From positions 23,437 to 87,436 of the forward strand of contig JAQUWU010000002.1 in the NCBI GenBank assembly GCA_028692715.1: a stretch of 64,000 bases of DNA, read 5' to 3'. This document shows positions 31,230-41,892 of the stretch, one piece after another; position 1 is the first letter of the stretch; each line of letters starts with the position of its first letter. The position numbers and the translations under genes were made by a program. The notes below the pieces were generated by a model. It did no database searches and was not told where the DNA came from. It worked only from the letters and a program-made list of their open reading frames with translations. This DNA comes from Paludibacter sp. (GTDB lineage Bacteria > Bacteroidota > Bacteroidia > Bacteroidales > Paludibacteraceae).

Positions 31230-32771
31230 ATGTCAGCAGATTTATTTATGTCGCCCATCTTTATCATAATTGTTGCGGCAATTGTTCTTTTTGTTACTAT
31301 TTCGGCATTAGTTGCCAGGTATAAACGTTGTCCTTCTGATAAGATTTTAGTAATCTACGGAAGAACAGGAGGTACATCAGCAAGATGTGTTCATGGAGGT
31401 GGAGCATTTATTTGGCCGGTTATTCAAGATTATGCTTTCCTTGATTTGAAACCTTTGTCTATTGAAGCCAATTTGACCAATGCATTGAGTCGTCAGAATA
31501 TCCGTGTTGACGTTCCCTGTCGTTTTACGATAGCCATTTCTACCGAAGCTGAAAATATGAATACAGCTGCTGAACGTTTATTGGGTTTGAATTCTGAGCA
31601 AATACAGGATTTGGCTAAAGATATACTTTTCGGTCAATTACGTTTGGTTATTGCTACTATGACGATTGAGGAAATTAATTCCGACCGCGATAAATTTCTT
31701 GATAATATTTCGAAAAACGTTGACAGTGAATTGAAAAAAATCGGTTTGAAACTGATTAACGTAAACGTAACAGATATTAGAGATGAATCCGGTTATATCG
31801 AAGCATTAGGGAAAGAAGCTGCTGCAAAAGCCATCAACGAAGCAAAAGTAAGTGTTGCTGAACAGGAGAAAATTGGTGAGACCGGAAAAGCAATGGCCGA
31901 TAGGGAAAAGGATACGCAGATTGCAGAAACCCATCGTGACCGTGATGTGAAAATTGCTGTTACGCAAAAAGATCGTGAAGTAAGTATTGCTGCTGCAGCA
32001 AAAGATGAATCGATTGGAAAAGCTGAAGCTGAAAGAGATAGACGTATTAAAACTTCCGAAGCTAATGCATTAGCAGTTAAAGGTGAAAACGAAGCGAAAA
32101 TATCCATTGCACAATCGGATGCTCTTCGTAGAGAACGGGAGGCTGAAGCTTCCAGAATGGCTATTGCAGCGGAGAAAGTTCAGCAGGCAAATGCATTAGA
32201 AGAATCATATCACGCTGAGCAAGCTGCCGAAAATGCCCGTGCCGAACGTGAACGTTCTACCCAAAATGCAAATATTGTTATTCCTGCTGAAATTGCTAAA
32301 CAACGTGCCATTATCGAAGCGCAGGCAAATGCCGAAAAAATACGTGTCAATGCAAAAGGGGAGGCAGATGCTATATTTGCTAAAATGGATGCGGAAGCGA
32401 GAGGTTTGTTTGAAATACTTACCAAACAGGCCGAGGGTTACAAGGATGTTGTTGCTGCTGCTGGTGGTGACCCAACCAAAGCATTCCAGTTGTTGCTACT
32501 TGAAAAATTACCTGAACTGGTTCGTACGCAGGTTGAGGCGGTTAAAAATATCAAGATTGACAAAATTACTGTTTGGGATTCAGGAAATAACGCCGAAAAC
32601 GGAAATGGCTCAACAGCCAACTTTGTAGCAGGAATGATGAAAACTGTTCCACCTCTAAACGATTTGTTTAATATGGCTGGTTTAAATCTTCCTACTTATT
32701 TGAAAGGTGCAGAACAAGCTGAAGAAACCGAGTCGGAAGAAATTAAAGAAGATAAAAAGGCAAAAAAATAA
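31230..32771 (+). CDS. flotillin-like SPFH/band-7 protein (YqiK/FloA-like) with long Ala/Glu-rich coiled coil
   Basis: 513 aa. N-terminal TM. SPFH domain. Extended EA-repeat coiled coil (AEAERDRRIKTSEANALAVKGENEAK...). Confidence 0.8.
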   Translation: MSADLFMSPIFIIIVAAIVLFVTISALVARYKRCPSDKILVIYGRTGGTSARCVHGGGAFIWPVIQDYAFLDLKPLSIEANLTNALSRQNIRVDVPCRFTIAISTEAENMNTAAERLLGLNSEQIQDLAKDILFGQLRLVIATMTIEEINSDRDKFLDNISKNVDSELKKIGLKLINVNVTDIRDESGYIEALGKEAAAKAINEAKVSVAEQEKIGETGKAMADREKDTQIAETHRDRDVKIAVTQKDREVSIAAAAKDESIGKAEAERDRRIKTSEANALAVKGENEAKISIAQSDALRREREAEASRMAIAAEKVQQANALEESYHAEQAAENARAERERSTQNANIVIPAEIAKQRAIIEAQANAEKIRVNAKGEADAIFAKMDAEARGLFEILTKQAEGYKDVVAAAGGDPTKAFQLLLLEKLPELVRTQVEAVKNIKIDKITVWDSGNNAENGNGSTANFVAGMMKTVPPLNDLFNMAGLNLPTYLKGAEQAEETESEEIKEDKKAKK

Positions 32772-32792
32772 ATTGGTTAAAAATAGAGTAAT

Positions 32793-32830
32793 AAAAAAAA
32801 CTCAGGAAATTATTTTCCTGAGTTTTTTTT
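32793..32830. terminator. bidirectional terminator between convergent flotillin and GNAT genes
   Basis: AAAAAAAACTCAGGAAATTATTTTCCTGAGTTTTTTTT. Confidence 0.7.
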
Positions 32831-33356
32831 ATTTGTCATCTGTTGGATTTGTGGGCGTTTTCAAAATCAGTTGGTAAAAAGCCGCATCCAGCCATTTTCC
32901 AAATTTAAAACCAATCTCTTTTATAATTCCGTTTTGCATAAAACCTTCATTTTCATGAAGTTTTATGCTGACTGTATTGGCTGTGTCAATAACTCCGACT
33001 AAAACGTGAAAATTTTGTTCTTCAGCTTTTTTGATAATTGTCTGCAATAATATTTTCCCAAGTCCTAAGCCTCTTTTATCAGCCCGAACATAAACTGAAT
33101 GTTCCACTGTGTATTTATTAGCCGGTCGAGCCCGAAACATTCCGTAAGTGGCAAATCCAAGTAAAATATTGTTTTCATCAAATGCTCCTATAATGGGATA
33201 TTTATCTTCTTTTTTATCTGCATACCATGCTTCCATTATTTTCATATTTCTGACTTTATAATCATACAAAGCAGTAGAGTTTAATATCGCATGATTAAAA
33301 ATATCCAGTATCTCAGGAAATTGTTGCTCGGTGCAGGGACTAAGAGTAATATTCAT
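32829..33356 (-). CDS. GNAT-family N-acetyltransferase
   Basis: 175 aa. Acetyl-CoA binding motif RGLGLGKILLQ. Confidence 0.8.
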   Translation of the reverse strand: MNITLSPCTEQQFPEILDIFNHAILNSTALYDYKVRNMKIMEAWYADKKEDKYPIIGAFDENNILLGFATYGMFRARPANKYTVEHSVYVRADKRGLGLGKILLQTIIKKAEEQNFHVLVGVIDTANTVSIKLHENEGFMQNGIIKEIGFKFGKWLDAAFYQLILKTPTNPTDDK

Positions 33357-33455
33357 ACGTAAATATTGATTGAGTTAAGCTGCAAAAGTAAATAAAAGTC
33401 TGAAAATCTACTAATTCTTTCTTACCTTTGTTGATTGATTTTTAAAACATTTATT

Positions 33456-34148
33456 ATGAAAAAAATAGTTGTATTGACTGGAGCCGGTATGAGTGCAGAA
33501 AGTGGGTTAAGTACTTTTCGCGGTTCTGATGGCTTATGGGCAAATTACCATATTGAAGATGTTGCAACTCCAAATGCATGGAGAAAAAATCCGGCTTTAG
33601 TTCTTGATTTTTATAATCAACTGCGTAAACAGTTATTTGACGTTGAACCAAATCCCGGCCATATTGCGTTAGCCGATCTTGAAAAGCATTTTGATGTGCA
33701 GATTATCACTCAAAATGTAGATAATCTTCATGAACGGGCAGGAAGTACAAATGTTTTACATTTGCACGGTGAGCTAATGAAAATGCGGTCAACAGGTAGC
33801 GGTGAAGAAGTAATTGATGTGTTACCTGATAAAATTGAATTTTTTATTGGTGACCTTTGTCCGAAAGGCTTTCAGCTTAGACCACATATTGTTTGGTTTG
33901 GTGAAGCCGTACCCAAAATAGAAAATGCAATTAAGATAGTAGAAAAGGCTGATATTTTAGTTGTGATAGGAACTTCCTTGAAAGTGTATCCTGCTGCCGG
34001 TTTAATTCATAATGTCAAACAAGGAACACCTATCTATCTTATTGATCCAAATGAGATTGACTCCCTACCTTCAAATATTGTAGTTATAAAGAAAGGTGGA
34101 AATGATGGATTGCAGGAATTAAGGGAAAAGTACCTGAAGCTTAAATAG
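33456..34148 (+). CDS. cobB: NAD-dependent protein deacylase, Sir2 family
   Basis: About 230 aa. GAGMSAESGLSTFRG...QNVDNLHERAG...GTSLKVYPAA sirtuin motifs. The ATG at 33456 is preferred over the TTG at 33435. Confidence 0.85.
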   Translation: MKKIVVLTGAGMSAESGLSTFRGSDGLWANYHIEDVATPNAWRKNPALVLDFYNQLRKQLFDVEPNPGHIALADLEKHFDVQIITQNVDNLHERAGSTNVLHLHGELMKMRSTGSGEEVIDVLPDKIEFFIGDLCPKGFQLRPHIVWFGEAVPKIENAIKIVEKADILVVIGTSLKVYPAAGLIHNVKQGTPIYLIDPNEIDSLPSNIVVIKKGGNDGLQELREKYLKLK

Positions 34149-34226
34149 AATAGAATTTCGTTAAACACAAATTAAAAGTGAATTTTTTTGATATTTTTGC
34201 ACTCTAATTTTTAAAAGATTACAAAT

Positions 34227-34633
34227 GTGAATTTAAATGATTTGCTTTCCAACATACACTGGATTTCTGCTATTTTGTTGACCATTCTTTCCTTTGTTAT
34301 TGGATATGCTTGGCATCAACCTCTTTTATTTGGAAAAATTTGGAAAAAAGAAAATATTCCTACTAATGCTGAAATTTAAATTAATGCGCCTTTAGTCTTT
34401 GGTGGAACTGCTTTTATGTATTTGTTGCAAGAGTCGGTTTAAGTGCCGTTTGCTCAGGAAAAGGTGCGATTACAGGCTTATTGAGTGCCCTATTGATTTT
34501 AATTGTATGGGTTTTTCCGACTGTTGCCGGTACTTATTTATTTGCCAATCTGTCGCTAAAATTATTGGCAATTGATGCGGGAATGGATGTCGTTTTATTT
34601 GCTTTATCGGGTTTGATATTTGGAATTTCGTGA
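34227..34633 (+). pseudogene. disrupted DUF1761-family small membrane protein gene (in-frame TAA at 34377-34379 and a frameshift near 34430-34445)
   Basis: Frame 0 reads VNLNDLLSNIHWISAILLTILSFVIGYAWHQPLLFGKIWKKENIPTNAEI*INAPLVFGGTAFMYLLQESV. A different frame then continues AVCSGKGAITGLLSALLILIVWVFPTVAGTYLFANLSLKLLAIDAGMDVVLFALSGLIFGIS*. Together these cover a full DUF1761-like protein. Confidence 0.45.
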
Positions 34634-34682
34634 TTTTATTATTAACTTTGGTAAAACTCAATGTTAAAATATTAATAAATTT

Positions 34683-36212
34683 ATGAGTATAGAAGAAAAA
34701 GAAAATGTTGTATTTGATTATTTTCAACCTGAAGATTACCCTGATTTTAAAGAAGCCATGATTCTGGCGTATCCAACTATGCCCGATGCTTATTGGAAAG
34801 AAAATCAAATTAATATATTGTTAGATAAATTTCCGGAAGGTCAGGTTACAATAAAAGTGGATGGCAAATTTGCCGGATGTGCTTTATCTATTATTGTTGA
34901 TTCAAAATCGTTGGGTAAAAATCATAACTATAAACAAGTTACCGGAAATTATACTTTTGATACGCATACAAATAACGGAGATACGCTTTATGGAATTGAA
35001 GTATTTATTACTCCTGAATTTCGTGGTCTTCGTTTAGGTCGTAGATTATATGATTACCGAAAAGAACTTTGCGAAAAACTAAACTTAAAAGGGATCACAT
35101 TTGGCGGTCGAATCCCGAATTTTCATACCTATTCTGATCAGATGTCGCCAAAAACATACATCGAAAAAGTTAAGACAAAGGAAATTAATGATCCGGTATT
35201 GAATTTTCAGATTTCAAACGATTTTCACCCGACAAAGGTATTAAAAGGTTATTTGGAGGGCGATGATGCTTCGAATGAATATGCTGTTTTGTTGGAATGG
35301 GACAATATTTATTATGAGCAACCAAATTTACAAGCTACAACTATTAAAAAATATGTTCGTCTGGGACTTATTCAGTGGCAAATGCGACTTTATAATGGAC
35401 TTGACGAATTATTGCAACAGGCGGAATATTTTATTGATGCTGTTTCTGGTTACAGATCGGACTTTGCCCTTTTCCCTGAGTTTTTCAATGCTCCGTTAAT
35501 GGCTGAAAACAATCATATGTCCGAAGCCGATGCAATAAAAGAGTTAGCCAAATACACCCCTTTAATTGTTAGTAAATTTTCCGAATTTTCCATATCTTAT
35601 AATATCAATATTATCACGGGTAGTATGCCAGAGCTAAAGGATGGAAAATTATACAATGCGGGATATTTGTGTAAGCGTGACGGTTCTATAGAACGATACG
35701 AAAAAATACATGTTACGCCTGATGAAGCTAAAGTTTGGGGTATGGTAGGAGGTTCGGAATTGAGAACCTTTGATACGGACTGTGGTAAAATTGGGATTCT
35801 TATTTGTTACGATTCGGAATTTCCTGAATTGAGCCGTTTGCTGGCTGAAGAAGGAATGGAAATCCTTTTTGTACCTTTCCTTACCGATACTCAAAATGGC
35901 TATTCGCGTGTACGTATTTGTTCGCAGGCTCGTGCTATCGAAAATGAATGTTATGTAGCCATAGCAGGAAGCGTTGGAAACTTGCCCAAAGTGCATAATA
36001 TGGATATTCAATATGCCCAGTCGATGGTTTTTACACCTTGTGATTTTGCTTTCCCTATGAATGGGATAAAGGCTGAAGCGACGACAAATACCGAAATGAT
36101 TCTTATTGCTGATGTTGATGTTGATTTGCTAAGGGAACTTCATCATACGGGTAGCGTACGAAATTTAAGTGATAGAAGAAAAGATGTTTATCATCTAAAG
36201 AAAAAAAATTGA
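34683..36212 (+). CDS. bifunctional GNAT acetyltransferase / carbon-nitrogen hydrolase (nitrilase-superfamily) protein
   Basis: 509 aa. N-terminal GNAT (FRGLRLGRRLY). C-terminal CN-hydrolase with catalytic ILICYDSEFPE (Cys) block. Confidence 0.8.
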   Translation: MSIEEKENVVFDYFQPEDYPDFKEAMILAYPTMPDAYWKENQINILLDKFPEGQVTIKVDGKFAGCALSIIVDSKSLGKNHNYKQVTGNYTFDTHTNNGDTLYGIEVFITPEFRGLRLGRRLYDYRKELCEKLNLKGITFGGRIPNFHTYSDQMSPKTYIEKVKTKEINDPVLNFQISNDFHPTKVLKGYLEGDDASNEYAVLLEWDNIYYEQPNLQATTIKKYVRLGLIQWQMRLYNGLDELLQQAEYFIDAVSGYRSDFALFPEFFNAPLMAENNHMSEADAIKELAKYTPLIVSKFSEFSISYNINIITGSMPELKDGKLYNAGYLCKRDGSIERYEKIHVTPDEAKVWGMVGGSELRTFDTDCGKIGILICYDSEFPELSRLLAEEGMEILFVPFLTDTQNGYSRVRICSQARAIENECYVAIAGSVGNLPKVHNMDIQYAQSMVFTPCDFAFPMNGIKAEATTNTEMILIADVDVDLLRELHHTGSVRNLSDRRKDVYHLKKKN

Positions 36213-36291
36213 TAATTACCTTATAATGAAGCTGAAATAATGTCTTGGAAATAAAAAGAAAGAAAATATTGGAAATTCCAAAATGATTATC

Positions 36292-36299
36292 TATCTTTG
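36292..36299 (+). promoter_or_regulatory. -7 promoter box TATCTTTG upstream of rpsU
   Basis: TAnnTTTG consensus about 50 nt upstream of the rpsU ATG. Confidence 0.45.
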
Positions 36300-36347
36300 C
36301 AGTCCAATTTTAGAATTCAAAATAAACAGTTTAAATAATTAATAATT

Positions 36348-36539
36348 ATGATCGTAGTTCCAGTTAAAGAAGGCGAAAACATTGAAAGAGCATTGAAAAA
36401 ATTCAAACGTAAATTCGAAAAAACAGGTGTTGTAAAAGAATTACGCCGTCGTCAATGTTTTGACAGACCTTCAATTGTAGATCGCGAAGAAAAAATGCAT
36501 GCGATTTACGTTCAGAAAATGCAATTGCGCGAAGAATAG
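36348..36539 (+). CDS. rpsU: 30S ribosomal protein S21
   Basis: 63 aa. MIVVPVKEGENIERALKKFKRKFEKTGV... canonical S21. Confidence 0.9.
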   Translation: MIVVPVKEGENIERALKKFKRKFEKTGVVKELRRRQCFDRPSIVDREEKMHAIYVQKMQLREE

Positions 36540-36613
36540 TAAATAAATATCAGGAAAATCTTGTTTCCCTGATTTATTTGTGTTATTTTCGTTGCAGATT
36601 TGAGCAAACGGTT

Positions 36614-37495
36614 ATGATAAACGAATTTCTGCAATACTTACAGTATGAGAAGAATTACTCCTCTCATACTGTTTTGTCGTATAAAAGCGATTTGCTTCAA
36701 TTTTGCAATTTTATTGAAATCACTCCCAATCAGTTACTCCCAAAGCTGATTACTTCACAACAAATACAACAATGGATATTAACCTTGATGTCATCTGACA
36801 TTACCGCAAGAACATTATCAAGGAAAATATCAACACTAAAATCATTTTGGCGGTTTTTGCTAACCCGAGGTTATGTAAACTCAAACCCAACGTTAAAAAT
36901 CATTTTGCCTAAAACAAAGAAACCCCTTCCGGCGTTTTTTAAGGAAAGCGAGATGGTAAAAGTTTTGTCAAATCAAAATATCCCTGATAGTTTTGAACCC
37001 GTTCGCAATCAGTTAATCCTGAAAGTATTTTATTTGACCGGTATACGACTGTCGGAACTAATGAATATTAAATATTCAGATGTTGATTTGACCCAGGGTA
37101 ACCTAAGGGTTATTGGTAAACGGAATAAAGAACGTATGATTCCCATTGGAAGTGATTTGTGTGAAGATATAGAGCATTATTTGCTTATACGGGATAGGGA
37201 AGTAGAAATACAAGAGAATTATCTTTTTCTTAGAATTAATGGTAAGAAAATGTATCCAAAGCTGTTGTACACATTAGTACATAACAGTATGTCGGAGGTA
37301 AGCAGTTTACACAAAAGAAGTCCGCATGTGTTGAGACATACATTTGCAACTGGAATGCTGAATGGTGGTGCTGATATTAACGCAGTGAAAGAATTATTGG
37401 GACATAGCAGTCTGGCGGCAACACAGGTTTATACTCATACGAGCTTCGAAGAATTACATAATATATATAAACATGCTCATCCACGGGCAAAATAA
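36614..37495 (+). CDS. xerC: tyrosine site-specific recombinase XerC/XerD-like (the conserved Bacteroidetes integrase between rpsU and hpf)
   Basis: About 293 aa. Core-binding domain (LQYEKNYSSHTV) and catalytic R...HxLRH...Y (HVLRHTFAT, TQVYTH). Confidence 0.8.
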   Translation: MINEFLQYLQYEKNYSSHTVLSYKSDLLQFCNFIEITPNQLLPKLITSQQIQQWILTLMSSDITARTLSRKISTLKSFWRFLLTRGYVNSNPTLKIILPKTKKPLPAFFKESEMVKVLSNQNIPDSFEPVRNQLILKVFYLTGIRLSELMNIKYSDVDLTQGNLRVIGKRNKERMIPIGSDLCEDIEHYLLIRDREVEIQENYLFLRINGKKMYPKLLYTLVHNSMSEVSSLHKRSPHVLRHTFATGMLNGGADINAVKELLGHSSLAATQVYTHTSFEELHNIYKHAHPRAK

Positions 37496-37509
37496 AAAAA
37501 GGAGGAATT

Positions 37510-37809
37510 ATGAAACTACGGATTCAATCTATCAATTTTGATTCAACTGAAGCGTTGGAATCTTACATCAACAAAAAGGCGATGAAGTTAGAGAAGTTTT
37601 TTGATGAAATTATTAATGTTGAGGTCTATTTAAAGGTTGTAAAACCCGAAGCGGCTACGAATAAGGAAGCTGAAATTAAGGTTTCAATGCCAAATGTTGA
37701 TTTTTTTGCATCTAAAACCTGCGATTCTTTCGAAGAGGCTGTTGACTTAACTCTCGAAGCCTTAGATAAACAGATCAGAAAACACAAAGAAAAAGTCATT
37801 AAAAAATAA
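37510..37809 (+). CDS. hpf: ribosome hibernation-promoting factor / RaiA
   Basis: 99 aa. YfiA/HPF fold (MKLRIQSINFDSTEALESYI...). Confidence 0.85.
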   Translation: MKLRIQSINFDSTEALESYINKKAMKLEKFFDEIINVEVYLKVVKPEAATNKEAEIKVSMPNVDFFASKTCDSFEEAVDLTLEALDKQIRKHKEKVIKK

Positions 37810-37859
37810 AATTTCGCGAGAAATGTTTTGTAGTCCAAAATATATTCGTACATTTGCAA

Positions 37860-37892
37860 GCCGTTTGAATAGCAGTATTTAAACGGCTTTTT
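37860..37892 (+). terminator. hpf terminator
   Basis: GCCGTTTGAATAGCAGTATTTAAACGGC followed by TTTTT. Confidence 0.6.
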
Positions 37893-37923
37893 CAACGGTG
37901 AAAACCTTATGAAATAGCACTTT

Positions 37924-37997
37924 GCCTCTTTAGCTCAGTTGGCCAGAGCACGTGATTTGTAATCTCGGGGTCGTTGGTTCGAATCCGACAAGAGGCT
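37924..37997 (+). tRNA. tRNA-Thr (anticodon TGT)
   Basis: Acceptor GCCTCTT/AAGAGGC. Anticodon loop TTTGTAA. T-loop TTCGAAT. One T-T mismatch in the anticodon stem. Confidence 0.75.
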
Positions 37998-38113
37998 CAA
38001 AACTAATTGATAATTGATAATTTATAATTAAAAACAGCGGTTTTTATATTATAAATTATGTCTGTAAGAAACATAATTATTAATTAAGTATTATCAATTT
38101 CTAATTAAAATTT

Positions 38114-38196
38114 GGGTAGTTACCAAAGTGGCCAACTGGGGCTGACTGTAACTCAGCTGTCATTCGACTTCGGAGGTTCGAATCCTTCACTGCCCA
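38114..38196 (+). tRNA. tRNA-Tyr (anticodon GTA), long variable arm
   Basis: Anticodon stem-loop GCTGA-CTGTAAC-TCAGC. 14-nt variable arm. T-arm GGAGGTTCGAATCCTTC. Confidence 0.85.
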
Positions 38197-38277
38197 CAAA
38201 ACGATGAGATGATGTGTTGATATGATGATTGTTTTAATTATCACATTTTCAAATTATCACATTATCACATCAAAATT

Positions 38278-38350
38278 GCGAAAGTAGCTCAGTTGATAGA
38301 GCATTAGCCTTCCAAGCTGAGGGTCGCGGGTTTGAGTCCCGTCTTTCGCT
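38278..38350 (+). tRNA. tRNA-Gly (anticodon TCC)
   Basis: Acceptor GCGAAAG/CTTTCGC. Anticodon loop CTTCCAA. Confidence 0.85.
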
Positions 38351-38400
38351 CTTAAAAGGAACGATAAAATGGTAATATAAGTTTTACCGCTACTTTTTTT

Positions 38401-38472
<72 letters not shown>

Positions 38473-38530
38473 CAACTTTGTAAGCTTTTTATAAAACATA
38501 TTAAATTAATTATTAAATAATCTTTGAGTT

Positions 38531-39718
38531 ATGGCAAAAGAAAAATTTGACAGGTCAAAACTCCACGTTAACGTAGGTACCATTGGACACGTTGACCACG
38601 GTAAAACTACCTTGACCGCTGCAATTACAACTGTACTTGCAAAAAAAGGACTTTCTGAATTGCGTTCATTCGATTCTATCGATAATGCACCTGAAGAAAA
38701 AGAACGTGGTATTACTATTAACACTGCTCACGTAGAATATCAAACAGCTTTACGTCACTATGCACACGTTGACTGTCCGGGTCATGCTGACTACGTTAAG
38801 AACATGGTAACTGGTGCTGCTCAAATGGACGGTGCAATCATTGTAGTTGCTGCAACTGATGGTCCTATGCCACAAACACGCGAGCACATTCTTTTAGCTC
38901 GTCAGGTAAACGTTCCTCGTTTAGTTATCTTTATGAACAAATGTGATCAGGTAGATGACGAAGAAATGTTAGAATTGGTAGAAATGGAAATGCGTGAATT
39001 GCTTTCATTCTATGATTTTGATGGTGACAATACTCCTGTAATTCGCGGTTCTGCTCTTGGAGCATTGAACGGTGAACCTGAATGGGAAGATAAAGTAATG
39101 GAATTGATGGATGCTGTTGATAGCTGGATTTTATTACCAGAACGTGCTGTTGATAAACCATTCTTGATGCCGGTTGAAGATGTATTCTCTATCACTGGTC
39201 GTGGTACAGTTGCTACAGGTCGTATCGAAACAGGTAAGATCAAAACAGGTGAAGAAGTTCAAATCATTGGATTAGGTGCTGGTGCTATCAAATCTGTTGT
39301 AACAGGTGTTGAAATGTTCCGTAAAATTCTTGATGATGGACAAGCTGGTGATAACGTAGGTTTATTGCTTCGTGGTATTGATAAAGAACAAATCAAACGT
39401 GGTATGGTTATTACACACCCGGGAAAAGTTACACCTCATACTACATTCAAGGCAGCAGTTTATATCTTGAAAAAAGAAGAAGGTGGTCGTCATACTCCAT
39501 TCCATAACCGTTATCGTCCACAATTTTACATTCGTACATTGGATGTAACTGGTGAAATTACTTTGCCAGAAGGAACAGAAATGGTAATGCCAGGTGACAA
39601 CCTTGAATTAACTGTTACTTTAATCTATCCGGTAGCTTGTAACGTAGGTTTACGTTTCGCAATCCGTGAAGGTGGTCGTACAGTAGGTTCAGGACAGATT
39701 ACTGAATTGTTAGACTAA
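38531..39718 (+). CDS. tuf: translation elongation factor Tu
   Basis: 395 aa. [23 protein letters not shown]-domain motifs. Confidence 0.97.
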   Translation: MAKEKFDRSKLHVNVGTIGHVDHGKTTLTAAITTVLAKKGLSELRSFDSIDNAPEEKERGITINTAHVEYQTALRHYAHVDCPGHADYVKNMVTGAAQMDGAIIVVAATDGPMPQTREHILLARQVNVPRLVIFMNKCDQVDDEEMLELVEMEMRELLSFYDFDGDNTPVIRGSALGALNGEPEWEDKVMELMDAVDSWILLPERAVDKPFLMPVEDVFSITGRGTVATGRIETGKIKTGEEVQIIGLGAGAIKSVVTGVEMFRKILDDGQAGDNVGLLLRGIDKEQIKRGMVITHPGKVTPHTTFKAAVYILKKEEGGRHTPFHNRYRPQFYIRTLDVTGEITLPEGTEMVMPGDNLELTVTLIYPVACNVGLRFAIREGGRTVGSGQITELLD

Positions 39719-39724
39719 TCAATA

Positions 39725-39800
39725 GTAAACAAGTATACGAGTAAACGAGTAAACGGTATAAATACCTGCCTCGTTTACTTGTTAACTTTTTACTCGTTTA
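39725..39800 (+). terminator. complex tuf terminator (nested hairpins built from GTAAACGAG repeats, then A/T runs)
   Basis: AACAAGTATACGAGTAAACGAGTAAACGG...CCTCGTTTACTTGTT...TACTCGTTTACTT. Confidence 0.5.
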
Positions 39801-39815
39801 CTTAAAAAAAAATAC

Positions 39816-39888
39816 ACGGGCGTAGCTCAGTTGGTAGAGCACTGGTCTCCAAAACCAGGTGTCGGGAGTTCGAGCCTCTCTGCCCGTG
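39816..39888 (+). tRNA. tRNA-Trp (anticodon CCA)
   Basis: Anticodon stem-loop CTGGT-CTCCAAA-ACCAG. Acceptor ACGGGCG/TGCCCGT with a G-U pair. Confidence 0.85.
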
Positions 39889-39904
39889 CAAATTCTATTT
39901 TTAT

Positions 39905-40096
39905 ATGAAGATTATAAACTATATCAAAGAGTCTTATACAGAACTTGTTCAGAAAGTATCCTGGCCTTCTAGGACAGAACTTACTAACAGTGCAGTAGTG
40001 GTATTAATTGCTTCCATCATTATTGCGTTGATAGTATGGCTTATGGATGTTAGTTTTGAAAATATCATGACATTCATTTACGGAAAATTGTTATAA
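39905..40096 (+). CDS. secE: preprotein translocase subunit SecE
   Basis: 63 aa. Single C-terminal TM. Conserved position between tRNA-Trp and nusG. Confidence 0.85.
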   Translation: MKIINYIKESYTELVQKVSWPSRTELTNSAVVVLIASIIIALIVWLMDVSFENIMTFIYGKLL

Positions 40097-40105
40097 ACTA
40101 AATCA

Positions 40106-40669
40106 ATGGAGGTCAACAAAGTGTCTGAGTCAACAAATTTTAAATGGTACGTAATGCGTGCTATTAGTGGAAAAGAGAACAAGGTAAAAGAGTATATTGA
40201 TGCAGAAGTCAAAAATTCAGATCTTGGTCAATATGTTGCGCAGGTATTGATCCCAACTGAAAAAGTATATCAAATCCGTAACGGTAAAAAAATTACAAAA
40301 GAACGTAGTTGCATGCCGGGGTATGTATTGATAGAAGCTCATCTTGTCGGAGAAATTTCTCATCGTTTACGAAACACTCCTAACGTTATTGGTTTTCTTG
40401 AAGAAAAAAGCCATGAACCAATTCCAATTCGTCCTTCGGAAGTGAATCGGATTTTGGGAACCATGGACGAACTTCAGGAGACTGAAGAAGAAATGCTAAC
40501 GCCTTTCTTTGTTGGAGAAAATGTAAAAGTCATTTTTGGACCTTTTACAGGATTTAGTGGCGTAATAGAGGAAGTAAATTCCGAAAAGAAGAAACTCAAA
40601 GTTATGGTTATGATTTTCGGTCGGAAAACACCGCTCGAACTCAGCTTCACACAAGTAGAAAAGGAATAG
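40106..40669 (+). CDS. nusG: transcription termination/antitermination factor NusG
   Basis: 187 aa. NGN domain (WYVMRAISGKENKV) plus C-terminal KOW. Confidence 0.95.
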   Translation: MEVNKVSESTNFKWYVMRAISGKENKVKEYIDAEVKNSDLGQYVAQVLIPTEKVYQIRNGKKITKERSCMPGYVLIEAHLVGEISHRLRNTPNVIGFLEEKSHEPIPIRPSEVNRILGTMDELQETEEEMLTPFFVGENVKVIFGPFTGFSGVIEEVNSEKKKLKVMVMIFGRKTPLELSFTQVEKE

Positions 40670-40726
40670 TCGGTTGCTGTTACAAACCGGACTTTCCACT
40701 TTTTAACATCAAAAATTAATATTATT

Positions 40727-41170
40727 ATGGCTAAAGAGATTGCTGGACTTATTAAATTACAGATTAAAGGAGGGGCTGCAAACCCATCTCCCCCAGTAGG
40801 GCCTGCATTGGGTTCTAAAGGGATCAATATTATGGAGTTTTGCAAACAATTTAATGCCAGAACCCAAGACAAACCGGGAAAAATTTTACCGGCAGTCATC
40901 ACCTATTATACAGACAAATCATTTGACTTCGTTGTAAAAACTCCACCGGTTGCTATCCAATTATTGGAAGTAGCAAAGCTGAAAAGCGGATCGGCAGAGC
41001 CAAACCGTAAAAAAGTAGCTGAAATTACCTGGGAACAGGTTCAGACAATTGCTTCGGACAAAATGGTCGATTTGAATTGTTTCGAATTAGACGCAGCCAT
41101 GAAAATGGTTGCCGGTACAGCAAGAAGTATGGGTATCACTGTAAAAGGTGAATTTCCAAGTAAAAATTAA
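40727..41170 (+). CDS. rplK: 50S ribosomal protein L11
   Basis: 147 aa canonical L11. Confidence 0.97.
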   Translation: MAKEIAGLIKLQIKGGAANPSPPVGPALGSKGINIMEFCKQFNARTQDKPGKILPAVITYYTDKSFDFVVKTPPVAIQLLEVAKLKSGSAEPNRKKVAEITWEQVQTIASDKMVDLNCFELDAAMKMVAGTARSMGITVKGEFPSKN

Positions 41171-41185
41171 TAATCTTCAATTAAA

Positions 41186-41881
41186 ATGAGTAAACTGACA
41201 AAAAATCAAAGGTTAGCTTTAGAAAAAATTGAAGCAGGAAAAACCTATTCTCTAAAAGAAGCAGCTTCATTAGTAAAAGAAATTACTAATACTAAATTTG
41301 ACGCTTCTGTAGATATTGATGTACGATTGGGTGTTGACCCTCGTAAAGCAAACCAAATGGTACGCGGCGTTGTGTCGTTGCCAAACGGAACCGGAAAACA
41401 AGTAAAGGTTCTTGCGTTATGTACTCCCGAACAGGAAGCAGCGGCTAAAGAAGCCGGAGCTGACTATGTAGGACTCGATGAATATATCGAAAAAATCAAA
41501 GGTGGCTGGACAGATGTAGATGTAATTATCACTATGCCTGCTATTATGGGTAAACTAGGTGCTTTAGGACGTATTTTAGGCCCTCGTGGTTTGATGCCGA
41601 ATCCAAAAAGTGGTACAGTAACCAACGAGGTTGGAAAAGCTGTAAAAGAAGTAAAACAAGGTAAAATCGACTTTAAAGTTGATAAATATGGTATAATACA
41701 CACTTCGGTAGGAAAAGTTTCTTTTACTACTGAACAAATTGTGGAAAATACCAGAGAATTTGTTTCTACTTTGATGAAACTGAAACCCACGTCCTCAAAA
41801 GGTACTTATGTAAAGAGCATTTATCTTTCTAGCACAATGAGTATGGGAATTAAAATTGAACCCAAATCAATTGAAGAATAA
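41186..41881 (+). CDS. rplA: 50S ribosomal protein L1
   Basis: 231 aa canonical L1. Confidence 0.97.
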   Translation: MSKLTKNQRLALEKIEAGKTYSLKEAASLVKEITNTKFDASVDIDVRLGVDPRKANQMVRGVVSLPNGTGKQVKVLALCTPEQEAAAKEAGADYVGLDEYIEKIKGGWTDVDVIITMPAIMGKLGALGRILGPRGLMPNPKSGTVTNEVGKAVKEVKQGKIDFKVDKYGIIHTSVGKVSFTTEQIVENTREFVSTLMKLKPTSSKGTYVKSIYLSSTMSMGIKIEPKSIEE

Positions 41882-41892
41882 AATAAAAGTTT

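Noticed and set aside
34470-34808. 112-aa minus-strand ORF
   Set aside because: Antisense to the DUF1761 remnant and to the 5' end of the GNAT/nitrilase gene. AT-rich low-complexity translation.
36614-37495. Integrase as evidence of an integrated mobile element next to the tRNA cluster
   Set aside because: This XerC-like recombinase between rpsU and hpf is a conserved housekeeping arrangement in Bacteroidetes. No att-like direct repeats and no phage or ICE genes are adjacent.
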